39,520 nucleotides of DNA from Methanobacteriota archaeon (GTDB lineage: Archaea; Thermoplasmatota; Poseidoniia; Poseidoniales; Thalassarchaeaceae): contig PANM01000038.1 in assembly GCA_002708385.1 (NCBI GenBank), positions 1 through 39,520 of the forward strand, read 5' to 3'. The position numbers and the translations under genes are program-made. Positions within the stretch are counted from its first letter, which is position 1. Each line of letters starts with the position of its first letter. This document shows positions 27,787-37,554 of this stretch, piece by piece. Under the pieces are notes generated by a model that worked only from the letters and a program-made list of their open reading frames with translations, had not been told where the DNA came from and searched no databases.

Positions 27787-28553
27787 CCTGAGCGGTCTCT
27801 ATAACTAGATAGTAAAGCGGTTAATAGAAGTCCAGAACCAATTCCAAATGCTAAGCCTTGTTCTTCCAAAGTAGAACCGGCTAAGTCCCTAAATGTGAAC
27901 CCCATAATGGTACACATAGGTATCACGAAAAAAACGAATCTGCGGACTCTCTGAATTTTTGTTGGTGCTGTCCCCATGGGCCTTAGAGTAATAGAGCCTG
28001 CTTTTTCCAAAACCTGCCAGTCGACCGCCTCTGCGCCAATTCTCAATCGTTGTAAAACCGCAGGTCTAATACCGGGGTCTGCAGAATTTTCGTGTAATAT
28101 TTCTCCACGACCTGTTACTACTCTAACCCTTTTCAAATTCTGACGAATAGCAAGTAATCTCTCAGTCGCACCGGCTGCCATTGGAGCATTCAGCCCGTGC
28201 ATGTCGAAAGTTAACACCCCTCTTTCACGGCGAATTCTTTCTTCTACATTCCAAGCGCCATCTGTTTCACTTGAGAGATATGCCATTTCTATGCGTAAAG
28301 CTTCAACTTCTGCTGCGCGAGACTCCTCTCTAGCCTGACCTTTTTCAGCATGGTCTCTAACTCTAGCTAAAGAGAACAGTAGAACTACTGAACCAACCCC
28401 AATACCAAGTACAAGACCGGTTCTTAATGCCGGTTGAATTGCTTCTTCTGTCATACCGGTTGCGAAGAAAGCCATCATCGAAGACATTACCAATACCATC
28501 AAGGAAATAACTAACGAGATGACGAATGCATCCCGCATCCTAACCTCGACCAT
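27783..28553 (-). CDS. Membrane protein carrying an Smr (small MutS-related) domain
   Basis: Two TM helices, charged helix, TFDMHGL...RVVTGRG...IRPAVLQRL...GSITL Smr motifs, two more TM helices. Likely start ATG 28553. Confidence 0.75.
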   Translation of the reverse strand: MVEVRMRDAFVISLVISLMVLVMSSMMAFFATGMTEEAIQPALRTGLVLGIGVGSVVLLFSLARVRDHAEKGQAREESRAAEVEALRIEMAYLSSETDGAWNVEERIRRERGVLTFDMHGLNAPMAAGATERLLAIRQNLKRVRVVTGRGEILHENSADPGIRPAVLQRLRIGAEAVDWQVLEKAGSITLRPMGTAPTKIQRVRRFVFFVIPMCTIMGFTFRDLAGSTLEEQGLAFGIGSGLLLTALLSSYRDRSG

Positions 28554-28597
28554 GGTAGGGGGATAGGTTGATGACGATAGAACCCATCGATTGGACA

Positions 28598-29368
28598 ATG
28601 CCTCAAGCCGAAGGGTCTTCACTGAAAAATGGCCGTGGGGATAGAATTAGAGAATCCAAGGTCGGGCGTAATTTAGCAGCAATAGCAGGCACCTATCTTA
28701 TTCTCTTATTTCTGACACCTTTAACCATGCCTGCAGATTCAATCCCTGATCTTTCAGGGCGTGCTAATCGAATTGATTATGCTACAATTGACGGGTACTG
28801 GGGATGGGGAAATAATGACAATAGCGATTACGAACATGCAGGTCATGACCAAGAGGCAAATGGTGGCTCATTTGCTTGGACTGATCTAAATCCAATTGCA
28901 GCAACTGTTTACGCTATAGGAGACTTGAATTGTCATCAAAAACACTACAGATCTTGGGAGATTAATGGTAATCAATTAGCAGTCTGTGTTCGAGATATCG
29001 GTATTCTATTTGGATTCGTAGCATGTTGTTTAATTTGGCAGCAAAGAGGGCTTAATCGGTGGACTTTAAGAGATACTTTCCTTTCTATGCTTCCTGATGA
29101 ATCAATCGAGAAGTTCTACTACAAAGACCAAAGGATGATGTTGATGATTGTAATAATGGGGATTGGCTTAGTGCCAATGGGAATTGATGGTTTTACTCAG
29201 TTACTTACCTCCTATGAATCAACAAATACTATGAGAATAATTACCGGTGTACCAGCAGGGTTCGTTGGAGGATGGCTATTTTCTGCAATGTTCTCAGCTA
29301 GACCTCATGAATTCGATAGTTCCGAAGATGTACGTCTTCCTGCAGACGCTAAACTACGGATGGTTTGA
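28598..29368 (+). CDS. DUF2085-like membrane protein
   Basis: CHQ..RS...GNQLAVCVRDIG, PMGIDGFTQ, YESTN..RIITG motifs. Start 28598, 28571 or 28568. Confidence 0.75.
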   Translation: MPQAEGSSLKNGRGDRIRESKVGRNLAAIAGTYLILLFLTPLTMPADSIPDLSGRANRIDYATIDGYWGWGNNDNSDYEHAGHDQEANGGSFAWTDLNPIAATVYAIGDLNCHQKHYRSWEINGNQLAVCVRDIGILFGFVACCLIWQQRGLNRWTLRDTFLSMLPDESIEKFYYKDQRMMLMIVIMGIGLVPMGIDGFTQLLTSYESTNTMRIITGVPAGFVGGWLFSAMFSARPHEFDSSEDVRLPADAKLRMV

Positions 29369-29371
29369 AAT

Positions 29372-30712
29372 TTAATTTCCTTGCCACCAATTCACAAGGC
29401 CGCTATTACCAGATGGAAGAGAATTATTGGAATTACCGTTTCCTAAAATTGCAAGTCTTTCGATAGTGTCTCGAACTGCCCGGGGGTGTTCACCAGAACG
29501 GACAATTTGTCCCATTGCAAATCTAATGTGGGTGTCTGGATTATTTGATATCCATTTAGACAATACTTTCCTTAATGGCCAAAGAACTAAACAAAGAATT
29601 CCAAAAGAATGAGATTCATCTCTTAATTGGTTTCTAGCAGCATCACTTCCTAGTAGTGACTTATGCTGATTAACCCAGTTGCTTCTGTCAGCGAGGAAAC
29701 GTAACACTTTGTGAGTGTGAGAATCCGATACTGCCCTGACTGGACCTTGCGCCTCCCTCAACTCATTTACATCGGCAGATGGAATCAAAGCCAAAGTCCC
29801 ACATATTGAAGAAATCGAGTGGGCTAAAACTGATTTTGGAACGTAAATTCTTTGATCTTCAGAAATCAATTCCAAAGCTCCACTATGGTCTTGCTGGGCT
29901 TCTCTGAGTACCTTCCATGGTGCCTTACCATCTAACCAGTCATTTAGTGTCCTAGCAGGTTCAACACCCAAGCCATCCAAAACCGTTTGACCCTTTGTTG
30001 ATTTAATCAATCGCTTTAGCATGAAACGTTCAACCGCTTCGGAATCTACGTTCAAAGGAGGAGGATGAGAATGAATGAATTTCCTGATGTGACGAGTTAA
30101 TTTTTTGCGAAACTCTCTTTCTGTTGTCTCGTTAGAAACTGGTCCAATTATTGCACCCATATCAAATGGTGTTGGCATTTCAATTTCTCCAGATAGCAAA
30201 GAAGAGTAACCCGATCGAATGGCTTTTTGTAATTCTGTTGTTTCAAAGTATTCGGCTTTATCTGACATCATTCGAAGAGTGCCTGATTGAATTCTCTTCA
30301 TTGCAACTTCTGGGTCACAATCTACCCAAATACATAGGTCTGGAACTAAAGCTGCAGAGTTGATTTGTGCTATACGATTTACACCTAACGAGCCTACAAT
30401 CCCTTGGTAAACTAGGGAGGAATGAACGTTTCTTTCACTGACTACAATCCTACCTTCTTCCAAACGAGGGAGTATCCAACCATGGGAATGATCAACTCGA
30501 TCTGCGGCAAAAAATCCAGCTTCTTCCTCAGGGGTGTGGATTTTTTGCCTTACTGAATCGATGGCTAATCTACCGAGAGGATGATCGCGACGTGGCTCAC
30601 CAGTAACCTCTACAGATGTGAAACAAAACTCCCTTTCGAGTACCTCTGCAACCACCTTTGTTGCAAGGCCTTTACCGTAGCCATCACCTCCTTCTATGGT
30701 GATAAGATACAC
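29372..30712 (-). CDS. tmk: Thymidylate kinase with ~230-aa C-terminal extension
   Basis: LITIEGGDGYGK, EP, FAADRVDH, VVSER..HSSLVYQG, PDL..WVD; GGAGG RBS before GTG. Confidence 0.8.
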   Translation of the reverse strand: MYLITIEGGDGYGKGLATKVVAEVLEREFCFTSVEVTGEPRRDHPLGRLAIDSVRQKIHTPEEEAGFFAADRVDHSHGWILPRLEEGRIVVSERNVHSSLVYQGIVGSLGVNRIAQINSAALVPDLCIWVDCDPEVAMKRIQSGTLRMMSDKAEYFETTELQKAIRSGYSSLLSGEIEMPTPFDMGAIIGPVSNETTEREFRKKLTRHIRKFIHSHPPPLNVDSEAVERFMLKRLIKSTKGQTVLDGLGVEPARTLNDWLDGKAPWKVLREAQQDHSGALELISEDQRIYVPKSVLAHSISSICGTLALIPSADVNELREAQGPVRAVSDSHTHKVLRFLADRSNWVNQHKSLLGSDAARNQLRDESHSFGILCLVLWPLRKVLSKWISNNPDTHIRFAMGQIVRSGEHPRAVRDTIERLAILGNGNSNNSLPSGNSGLVNWWQGN

Positions 30713-30713
30713 A

Positions 30714-31451
30714 TCAAACCTCCAATATGCCGAACTGTTTGCGGCTGAGGTAGGTAAGGCCCATACCTAACAAAATGAATAATGGTCCAATAAACATCAA
30801 ACCCTGACTCCAAAGTCCGAGGTATGCAAGAAATTGTGTTCGGAAATGATTTCTGCCATTGTACGCCTCAATACCACCTAAGATTCCGAAAATTCCTGCA
30901 AATAATGTGAAGGCACCGATTATCGAAGTGATTAGGACTGATTCGGCAAGATAACTCTCTCCACGCATATCCAAATCTTCAATGCCTTCACCCTCGGTTA
31001 ATGTAATAATAATCTGAGTATGATCTCCTGGAACCAACATAACACGTTGAGTAATGTGACTAGGATATTCAACCACCAACATCGATGAACTTCGTTGTAC
31101 ATCTTGTATTGAAAATCTACCGCTTGAGTCAGTAATGTCCCGACCTATCTCAAGTTCTTCATCGTTGTAGAGAATTATCGTCACCTCATCCATACCTTCT
31201 CCACCGGATGAATTGTTTACTAAAGCGGCATAAACTGCTCCATTCACATCTGCTTTACTTCCTGAGTCATCAAGCTGGCCATTGAGTACATCTCCGATAT
31301 CTGCAGTGATGTGAAGGCTACCTGTCAAAACTCCAAGCATACTTCCAAAGATGATTAACAAAGCACCAGCTATCCTAGTGGCAGGATCTATGGAGAGGTC
31401 TTCCAGCCACCATTCAAAGCGAGTTCTTCGAGATTCTTCACCCTCGGCCAT
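30714..31451 (-). CDS. Membrane protein with carboxypeptidase-regulatory-like (transthyretin-fold) external domain
   Basis: N-terminal TM, VNGAV...ITDSSGRFSI beta domain, C-terminal TM helices; ATG 31451 has a GGAGG RBS. Confidence 0.65.
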   Translation of the reverse strand: MAEGEESRRTRFEWWLEDLSIDPATRIAGALLIIFGSMLGVLTGSLHITADIGDVLNGQLDDSGSKADVNGAVYAALVNNSSGGEGMDEVTIILYNDEELEIGRDITDSSGRFSIQDVQRSSSMLVVEYPSHITQRVMLVPGDHTQIIITLTEGEGIEDLDMRGESYLAESVLITSIIGAFTLFAGIFGILGGIEAYNGRNHFRTQFLAYLGLWSQGLMFIGPLFILLGMGLTYLSRKQFGILEV

Positions 31452-31464
31452 GCTGTCCGCCCTC

Positions 31465-32508
31465 CTACTCATCCTCTGAGACAATAGACGGCTTCTGAGT
31501 TTGCCGCTTTGAGATTGACGCGTAAATGACCAATATCATTATTGATAAAACAAGGAAATGAATCAGACCTATCCCCTCGTTATTCTCACAATTCATACAA
31601 TCAGTTGGAGTTTCACCAGATGGTTCAACCTGGCAACTGGGTGATAAGTCTACAAACTCAATTTTCACCTCATAATAATTTGACCAGTTCTTTCCAGTAA
31701 TCCAATAATTTCCTGTTTCGGAGTCCCAAGCAATTCCATTCAAGACTCCTGATGAATCAGTCTCGTACTGATCTCGTATGGAACTGAAATCTACCTTCTG
31801 GCAAACATGACCATTTGAAGTGTGAATCAGATAAATCGAGTCGTCGAACCATTTGTTGGCGAGAATGTCGCCATTGCTTCCAATACATTCCAATTCATTC
31901 CAGCTCTGACTTGGCCCACCACCTAGCAAAACTTCTATTGATTTATTAAATGAAATTGATGAAGAATTGGAATTCTTTAGTTGACCTGTTCCATCGGAAA
32001 TCCACAACCCTGTTGTTTGAGAATTGCAGATTCCCCATCCCTCTCCTTCATAGGAAAAATTGCCTACTTCCTCAAGTGAATCGATGTCATAAATCAAAGC
32101 AATATTTTCCTTCCAAGTAAGTTGAATTATAGTATTATTCAAAATTGTTAAACCCTCGCCGAAAAAAGAATCAGAAAGGTTGTACTGAGCCTCTATTTGG
32201 CCACTTTCCATATTCACTATTCTTACGCTAGAATGACCATATAATCCTGTACTTTCGTATAATTTACCGTTGTGAATTTCTAACCCTTGCGTGAAAGCGG
32301 ATTCGTCATGAGGAACAACATTGATAATTTCAGGTTGTATTTCCACAACTTCCCAAACTTCAGGGGTCTCTGCATTAAAATTTGAAACGGGAAAAATCAA
32401 CGATGAAAGAATGCATATTACGATTGTAACATAAGGCCTGATGGCAATTAGTGAACAACGAGTGGAGAATCGGCCCTTCGGGCCGGGTACGTCCGAACGA
32501 TGCTCCAT
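31465..32508 (-). CDS. Glutaminyl-peptide cyclotransferase (type I, beta-propeller), membrane-anchored
   Basis: PHDESAFTQGL, ESTGLYG, FGEG, QLTWK, EGWG, NELE, VLNGIA; hydrophobic segments at both ends. Start uncertain. Confidence 0.88.
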   Translation of the reverse strand: MEHRSDVPGPKGRFSTRCSLIAIRPYVTIVICILSSLIFPVSNFNAETPEVWEVVEIQPEIINVVPHDESAFTQGLEIHNGKLYESTGLYGHSSVRIVNMESGQIEAQYNLSDSFFGEGLTILNNTIIQLTWKENIALIYDIDSLEEVGNFSYEGEGWGICNSQTTGLWISDGTGQLKNSNSSSISFNKSIEVLLGGGPSQSWNELECIGSNGDILANKWFDDSIYLIHTSNGHVCQKVDFSSIRDQYETDSSGVLNGIAWDSETGNYWITGKNWSNYYEVKIEFVDLSPSCQVEPSGETPTDCMNCENNEGIGLIHFLVLSIMILVIYASISKRQTQKPSIVSEDE

Positions 32509-32564
32509 CGATGTTATAGCGGGTTGAAGCGGGGCTTGAACCTGTCCTATTGCTGAGGTGCGTC

Positions 32565-35500
32565 ATGTTGAGTTACTTGAAGCCACATTCAAAGCCAACA
32601 ACTTCGTTGTTGTTGATATGGTTGATGCTGGGTTCTCTGATGTTACCAATGGTCGGAGCGAGTAGCGAATCCGGTAACGAAGAAATTCCCTCTCAATTCG
32701 GTGATCTAAGCGGTTTCACTCCCGAACAGGATGGTCATGCATATATTTTCAATGATGAACAAAATCCAGTTTATTCGGCATTTGGCTATCTAAAAAAGCA
32801 GTGGATTGAAAATGGATATCCGAATTTAATCGACCCTTTTGCGGCTTCTTCCCAGAACTCACGGTCTAGCAATGGCACTTGTTCAAATGCATGGCAAGTC
32901 GATGACACGGACACCTTTTCCACATCTAGTGGGTTAGTTTCAGCCACAGTAAAGAAAATATCTGCAAGCTCGGCTATTTTTGTAGAGGATGGAGTAGTGA
33001 TTCCCTCAACAACACTCAATGACATAACATCGACTTGGGAATCGACAATTTACCCAACAGATACTACCTACTTTGGTACCGCTCCTGATGTGGACAATAA
33101 TTGTCAGATTGAAATCCTAATTTTCCAAATCGATGGCGGAGGTGGCATTGGAGGTTATTTCGACCCCAACGTTGCCAATCAAAGAGAAATTATGTTTGTT
33201 GATTCGGGTGATTTAAGTTGGAGAAATACGATTATTGCTCATGAGTTTCAACATCTTCTTCACAACGCAAGAGATCCATTCGAGTACATTTGGTTAGATG
33301 AAGGGGCTGCTGATATGGCAGCCTACCTCTGCTTTGGCGTGACCAACACCATCTCAGGGCATGCAAATGAATGGTCGCAAAATGCCAATATGAGTGTTCG
33401 TTGGTGGAATCAAAGAATAGCAGATTATGGTGGAAGTTTCATGTTTGTGATGTATTTAGCCGACAAACTTGGAGGAGGTATAGCGATATCTAGACTGGTT
33501 GCCGACACTGCTACTGGCGGAGTTGGAGTTGAGAATTTAGCAAGAAACCCTGAACCCGGTTCAACTGCAATTGGAACCACCATGTCGGATATTTTCGCTA
33601 ATTTCACTGCCGCAGTCAGCCTCGATAGTGCCCAAGGTGCATTTGGATTTTCAAATATCGCAATGACCGCGGGATGTGTTACAGGATTTATTTGCAAAGT
33701 ACAAATGAGTGGCTATCAAGATCAATGGCAATCGACCTGGGTTAGTCCTTCACAAGAACTTGAGGGATGGGGAATGAGGGCTTACAAGTTTGCGGGAGGA
33801 ACTGGAGCTCCTCTTAATTTAATGGTTCAACCAACCAATTTTGGAGTCACTGGAACTGTAATGATCAAAGATTCTGCAACCGGAAGCTGGACGATGGATA
33901 GATTGAGAATTGATTCTGCAACCGGAGCGGGTACGGCCTTAGTTCACGGATTTGGCAACACATCGAGTGAAGTTTGGGTAATTGTTTGGTATGAGTCTCA
34001 AGTTACCGACTGTGATTACAACTTCGCTAGTTGTGGTATTACAACCGGCTCTTATCCAACTACAGATATCGTAGTCCAAGCGGGGCTGATTACAAGTCCA
34101 GCAGAAGTAGATATAATCAAAGTTACAACTTTCGATAGAGATGAAAATAATCTAGACGATAGTGTCCAAATCGATTTACAGGTCACCTCAGATGCATTCT
34201 TTGAGATTATTGAGGTTACATTTGAGGCCTTTGTCAATAATACATTACGTGATTCAATAACATTCTCGATGACTGCAGGTAATAGTGTCCCGAACCCAGA
34301 ATCAATTTGGTTTACTCCGCCTGAAAGTGGGGATTGGACTTTTGGAGTGGACATTAGAGATGTAAGTGGAGAGATTACAGATACTGCATTCACTCTTCCA
34401 ATTGCACTTGGGAATATGGAACCAGTAGCAAGTGGGTCCACATCAACTGGAACTACTCAAACATGGCTACCAGTAAACTTCTTTGGTGGTGGATACGATG
34501 TCTGGGGATTTGGTCAGATTAACGGTTCTTATGGACATAATCAAACACCAATGGCCTACAACTGGGATTTAGGAGACAACACCACTTCAAGCCTAAAGAA
34601 TCCAATTCATTACTACAATGAGACTGGCACCTACAATATTCAACTAAACGTAGTAGACATTGGTGGATTCTATTCTCAAACTCAAACATGGATAGTAAAT
34701 GTAACAGATACAACAGAGCCAATTCCAGAGATTCAGGTCGACGGAGTCCCGATAAGCGATGAAATTGTAATTTTCACAGACCAAAGGGTACTTTTCTCTG
34801 CTAGAGGCACATTAGATAACGTACCCCATGATGAAATTGAGTTCACATGGAATTGGGGAGATGGAAATGACGAATCAGGTGTTGGACTAGTTGAAGCCAG
34901 CCATGCTTATGTCGATGGTAGCGCTGAAGGAACAGTTTACACTTTGACTTTGATAATTAATGACGGGACTTTTGTGGTGGAAGAGCAAATATATGTTAGA
35001 ATCTTGAATCGTATACCTCGACAAATTTTCGATGAGGAGTTACAAACATACACCCTAACTCCTCTCCAAATGCCAGATGTTTTCACAGATGATGACGGAA
35101 TAATTGTAGAATACCGATGGGATTTTGATACAGGAGTTAATTTCTCCACAGGAGGTATGACGCCCACTTCTGACTTCTCCCAGACTATTTCTGTTGACCA
35201 AAATCCAACTGTTGGATGGAATACACCTGGTATGAAAACGATAACTCTTGAAGTTACAGATGACGATGGCAATACATCCTCGACCACAATAATGGTTCGT
35301 GTATTGAATCAGAGGCCAGTTGCAGTATTCGATCGCCCTTCTGATGGAACAGTTGAAACTGAATACTTCTTCGAGAGCTTATCCTTCGATCCCGATGGAG
35401 ATACCTCTCTCCTAGAGACTCGATGGGAGATTTCAAATTTGGAAGAAGAAATTGTCAATTCATCATCGATTTACTATACATTCACAGAACCAGGATTGTA

Positions 35501-36674
35501 CACGGTTTCCTTGACGGTTGTCGATGAACTTGGAGCAGAATCTGCTACCAAATCCTATCAAATTAGAATTGCAAACCCTCTTCCAGTTCCAATGATTGAA
35601 TTCTCTCAACCCAGTGAGAATGGTAGCGCCTTAATCAATATCCCCACTAATGAGGAAGAAGTTACTTGGTGGGTTCCATTCGTATCTAGTGGAGGGGCGT
35701 TTATTGCACCAAACTGTCCATTGAAGTTGGATGGTTCAGGAAGTTTTGATTCTGACCCTATTTTTGCAGGTAAATCATCAACAGATCCAAGCAATTCAGA
35801 TTGGAATGGTATAACTCGCTGGATTTGGGATTTTGGAGATGCAACACCTCAATTAGAGGGGCCAATAGTTTGGCACTCATGGGATCGTCCTGGAACCTAT
35901 ATTGTGACTTTGACAGTGGTGGATGGATTTGAGACGGGAGACACAAATACAACTTCATTTACAGTCTATGTATCAAGTGCCCCAGAAATTGAATCGACGG
36001 ATCCAATTGACTCTGATTACGTAACAGAGGGAGATTTAGTAATTTTGAATCACAGCGCATACGACCTAGACCTAGACGCAGGAATCGATGCTTGGTTAGA
36101 TTCTGATGCTAATTTCGATAGCGATGGAGATGGAATAACAACCAACGACAAAGATATCAGTTTGACAGGAGAGTTGTCAGTTGATTGGGATCTCAACTCA
36201 ATAATCGATTCTGACCAAGACGGAAATCCAGAAAATGATTTTCTTTGGGCTAATATGACTTGGGACCAAACTGGAGAAGTACGCCTAATATTGCAAGTAT
36301 GCGACGGTGTTGGAGTTTGTAGTTCTGAGGACTATATCATAAGTGTACTTTCTGCAGATAAGGAAACTCAGCAAAAGTCGTGGGATGAATTAACTTGGAT
36401 AGATTTCGTTCCAAATAAAGAGAGCGTGGGACTTCTAGCACTTGTTGCCATGGTCCTTGTCCTCGGCTGGTTAGTAATGAGGCAGAAAGATGAAGAGGAG
36501 ATCGATGCCGAGGAAATGCTTGAGACCTACGATATCCAGGAAGTAGAAGCAGAAGGCGGTCTACCAGGCATGGATCAGCATACTCCTCCTCCACAACCGA
36601 AGTATCTTACGGTTGACGAAAGAAGGAACAAAGAGTCTGGATACATCCGCCCAATCAGGACTCGGAGGCGCTGA
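32565..36674 (+). CDS. Membrane-anchored zinc metalloprotease (M30/M6-like) with multiple PKD domains
   Basis: Signal peptide, AHEFQH and WLDEG Zn motifs, ~6 PKD-like units (WDLGD, WNWGDG, WDFD, WDFGD), C-terminal TM; GAGGTG RBS before ATG 32565. Confidence 0.85.
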   Translation: MLSYLKPHSKPTTSLLLIWLMLGSLMLPMVGASSESGNEEIPSQFGDLSGFTPEQDGHAYIFNDEQNPVYSAFGYLKKQWIENGYPNLIDPFAASSQNSRSSNGTCSNAWQVDDTDTFSTSSGLVSATVKKISASSAIFVEDGVVIPSTTLNDITSTWESTIYPTDTTYFGTAPDVDNNCQIEILIFQIDGGGGIGGYFDPNVANQREIMFVDSGDLSWRNTIIAHEFQHLLHNARDPFEYIWLDEGAADMAAYLCFGVTNTISGHANEWSQNANMSVRWWNQRIADYGGSFMFVMYLADKLGGGIAISRLVADTATGGVGVENLARNPEPGSTAIGTTMSDIFANFTAAVSLDSAQGAFGFSNIAMTAGCVTGFICKVQMSGYQDQWQSTWVSPSQELEGWGMRAYKFAGGTGAPLNLMVQPTNFGVTGTVMIKDSATGSWTMDRLRIDSATGAGTALVHGFGNTSSEVWVIVWYESQVTDCDYNFASCGITTGSYPTTDIVVQAGLITSPAEVDIIKVTTFDRDENNLDDSVQIDLQVTSDAFFEIIEVTFEAFVNNTLRDSITFSMTAGNSVPNPESIWFTPPESGDWTFGVDIRDVSGEITDTAFTLPIALGNMEPVASGSTSTGTTQTWLPVNFFGGGYDVWGFGQINGSYGHNQTPMAYNWDLGDNTTSSLKNPIHYYNETGTYNIQLNVVDIGGFYSQTQTWIVNVTDTTEPIPEIQVDGVPISDEIVIFTDQRVLFSARGTLDNVPHDEIEFTWNWGDGNDESGVGLVEASHAYVDGSAEGTVYTLTLIINDGTFVVEEQIYVRILNRIPRQIFDEELQTYTLTPLQMPDVFTDDDGIIVEYRWDFDTGVNFSTGGMTPTSDFSQTISVDQNPTVGWNTPGMKTITLEVTDDDGNTSSTTIMVRVLNQRPVAVFDRPSDGTVETEYFFESLSFDPDGDTSLLETRWEISNLEEEIVNSSSIYYTFTEPGLYTVSLTVVDELGAESATKSYQIRIANPLPVPMIEFSQPSENGSALINIPTNEEEVTWWVPFVSSGGAFIAPNCPLKLDGSGSFDSDPIFAGKSSTDPSNSDWNGITRWIWDFGDATPQLEGPIVWHSWDRPGTYIVTLTVVDGFETGDTNTTSFTVYVSSAPEIESTDPIDSDYVTEGDLVILNHSAYDLDLDAGIDAWLDSDANFDSDGDGITTNDKDISLTGELSVDWDLNSIIDSDQDGNPENDFLWANMTWDQTGEVRLILQVCDGVGVCSSEDYIISVLSADKETQQKSWDELTWIDFVPNKESVGLLALVAMVLVLGWLVMRQKDEEEIDAEEMLETYDIQEVEAEGGLPGMDQHTPPPQPKYLTVDERRNKESGYIRPIRTRRR

Positions 36675-36675
36675 A

Positions 36676-37554
36676 TTGAAGAATTCCGCTCAGAAAATTT
36701 TTGCAGGGGGATTTAGCCTTGGGCTGATTACCCCATTGCTTGCTATACTTCTTTTCTCGGCAAACCCAGTTGTTGCATCCGGAAACGATTGTACTGTATC
36801 TCCCGATGTTGGATTTGACTCAACTCTCGCCGAGGTTGTGGAAGTTGATGATGACCCTTGGAATTGGTGGGGCAACCCAAATCCAGAAATAGAACTCGAA
36901 CCACTTAGTGAGGATTTGTATGTTGAAATTGATCTTAAATCAATGCACTCCCAAGCTTTGCGTCTTGAGTTAATTACAGGTTACTCTTACACATTTTGTG
37001 TGGAGTTTCATTTAGACCCAGATAACCCTCCAACAGATGACCCAAGAGGTGATGTATATCTTTTTGATTCCGCAAATTGGTTCAGATACAAGCAAGATTA
37101 TGACATGGTGAATAGTGAGTTCGAAACCCCTGATGAGGTTATGGATTTCATCCCAGTTGAATGGCGTGATATGATAGTTTTCCTACCATTTAGAGACACC
37201 CATGCCTACGAAAATAAACGAGCTACTAGCTTCTCCACTGCACTAGATAATGACAAAAAATCGTTTATCTCCTTTTTTGGAAGTGATGATGATTCGGAAT
37301 ACTTTCTTGCATTAGATAGTTGGAATAATACCAGACCTAATGATGCTGCAGCGGTAGATGGAGATATGATTGTTCAAGTTTGGATAGATGTTGAAGAACG
37401 ATTCACTCTGCCTAAGTTTACTGCTTACATATTGGTTGGATTACTACCATTAAGTTGTGTAATTGTCCCAATAATCCTTCATTCTAGGTATCACTCAAGC
37501 GGAGATGAGGCCATTGAGGAACAGAAAGAGTTAGTTCCTTTACTGGAACAGTAA
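36676..37554 (+). CDS. Hypothetical exported protein with C-terminal membrane anchor
   Basis: Signal-like N-terminus, acidic beta-rich body, TM ILVGLLPLSCVIVPIIL; TTG 36676 immediately follows the upstream stop. Confidence 0.7.
   Translation: MKNSAQKIFAGGFSLGLITPLLAILLFSANPVVASGNDCTVSPDVGFDSTLAEVVEVDDDPWNWWGNPNPEIELEPLSEDLYVEIDLKSMHSQALRLELITGYSYTFCVEFHLDPDNPPTDDPRGDVYLFDSANWFRYKQDYDMVNSEFETPDEVMDFIPVEWRDMIVFLPFRDTHAYENKRATSFSTALDNDKKSFISFFGSDDDSEYFLALDSWNNTRPNDAAAVDGDMIVQVWIDVEERFTLPKFTAYILVGLLPLSCVIVPIILHSRYHSSGDEAIEEQKELVPLLEQ

Noticed and set aside
32471-32545. GC-rich hairpin CGGCCC-TTC-GGGCCG and adjacent sequence considered as tRNA or ncRNA
   Set aside because: No cloverleaf or T-loop consensus; only a 6-bp stem, probably within the cyclotransferase N-terminal coding region.
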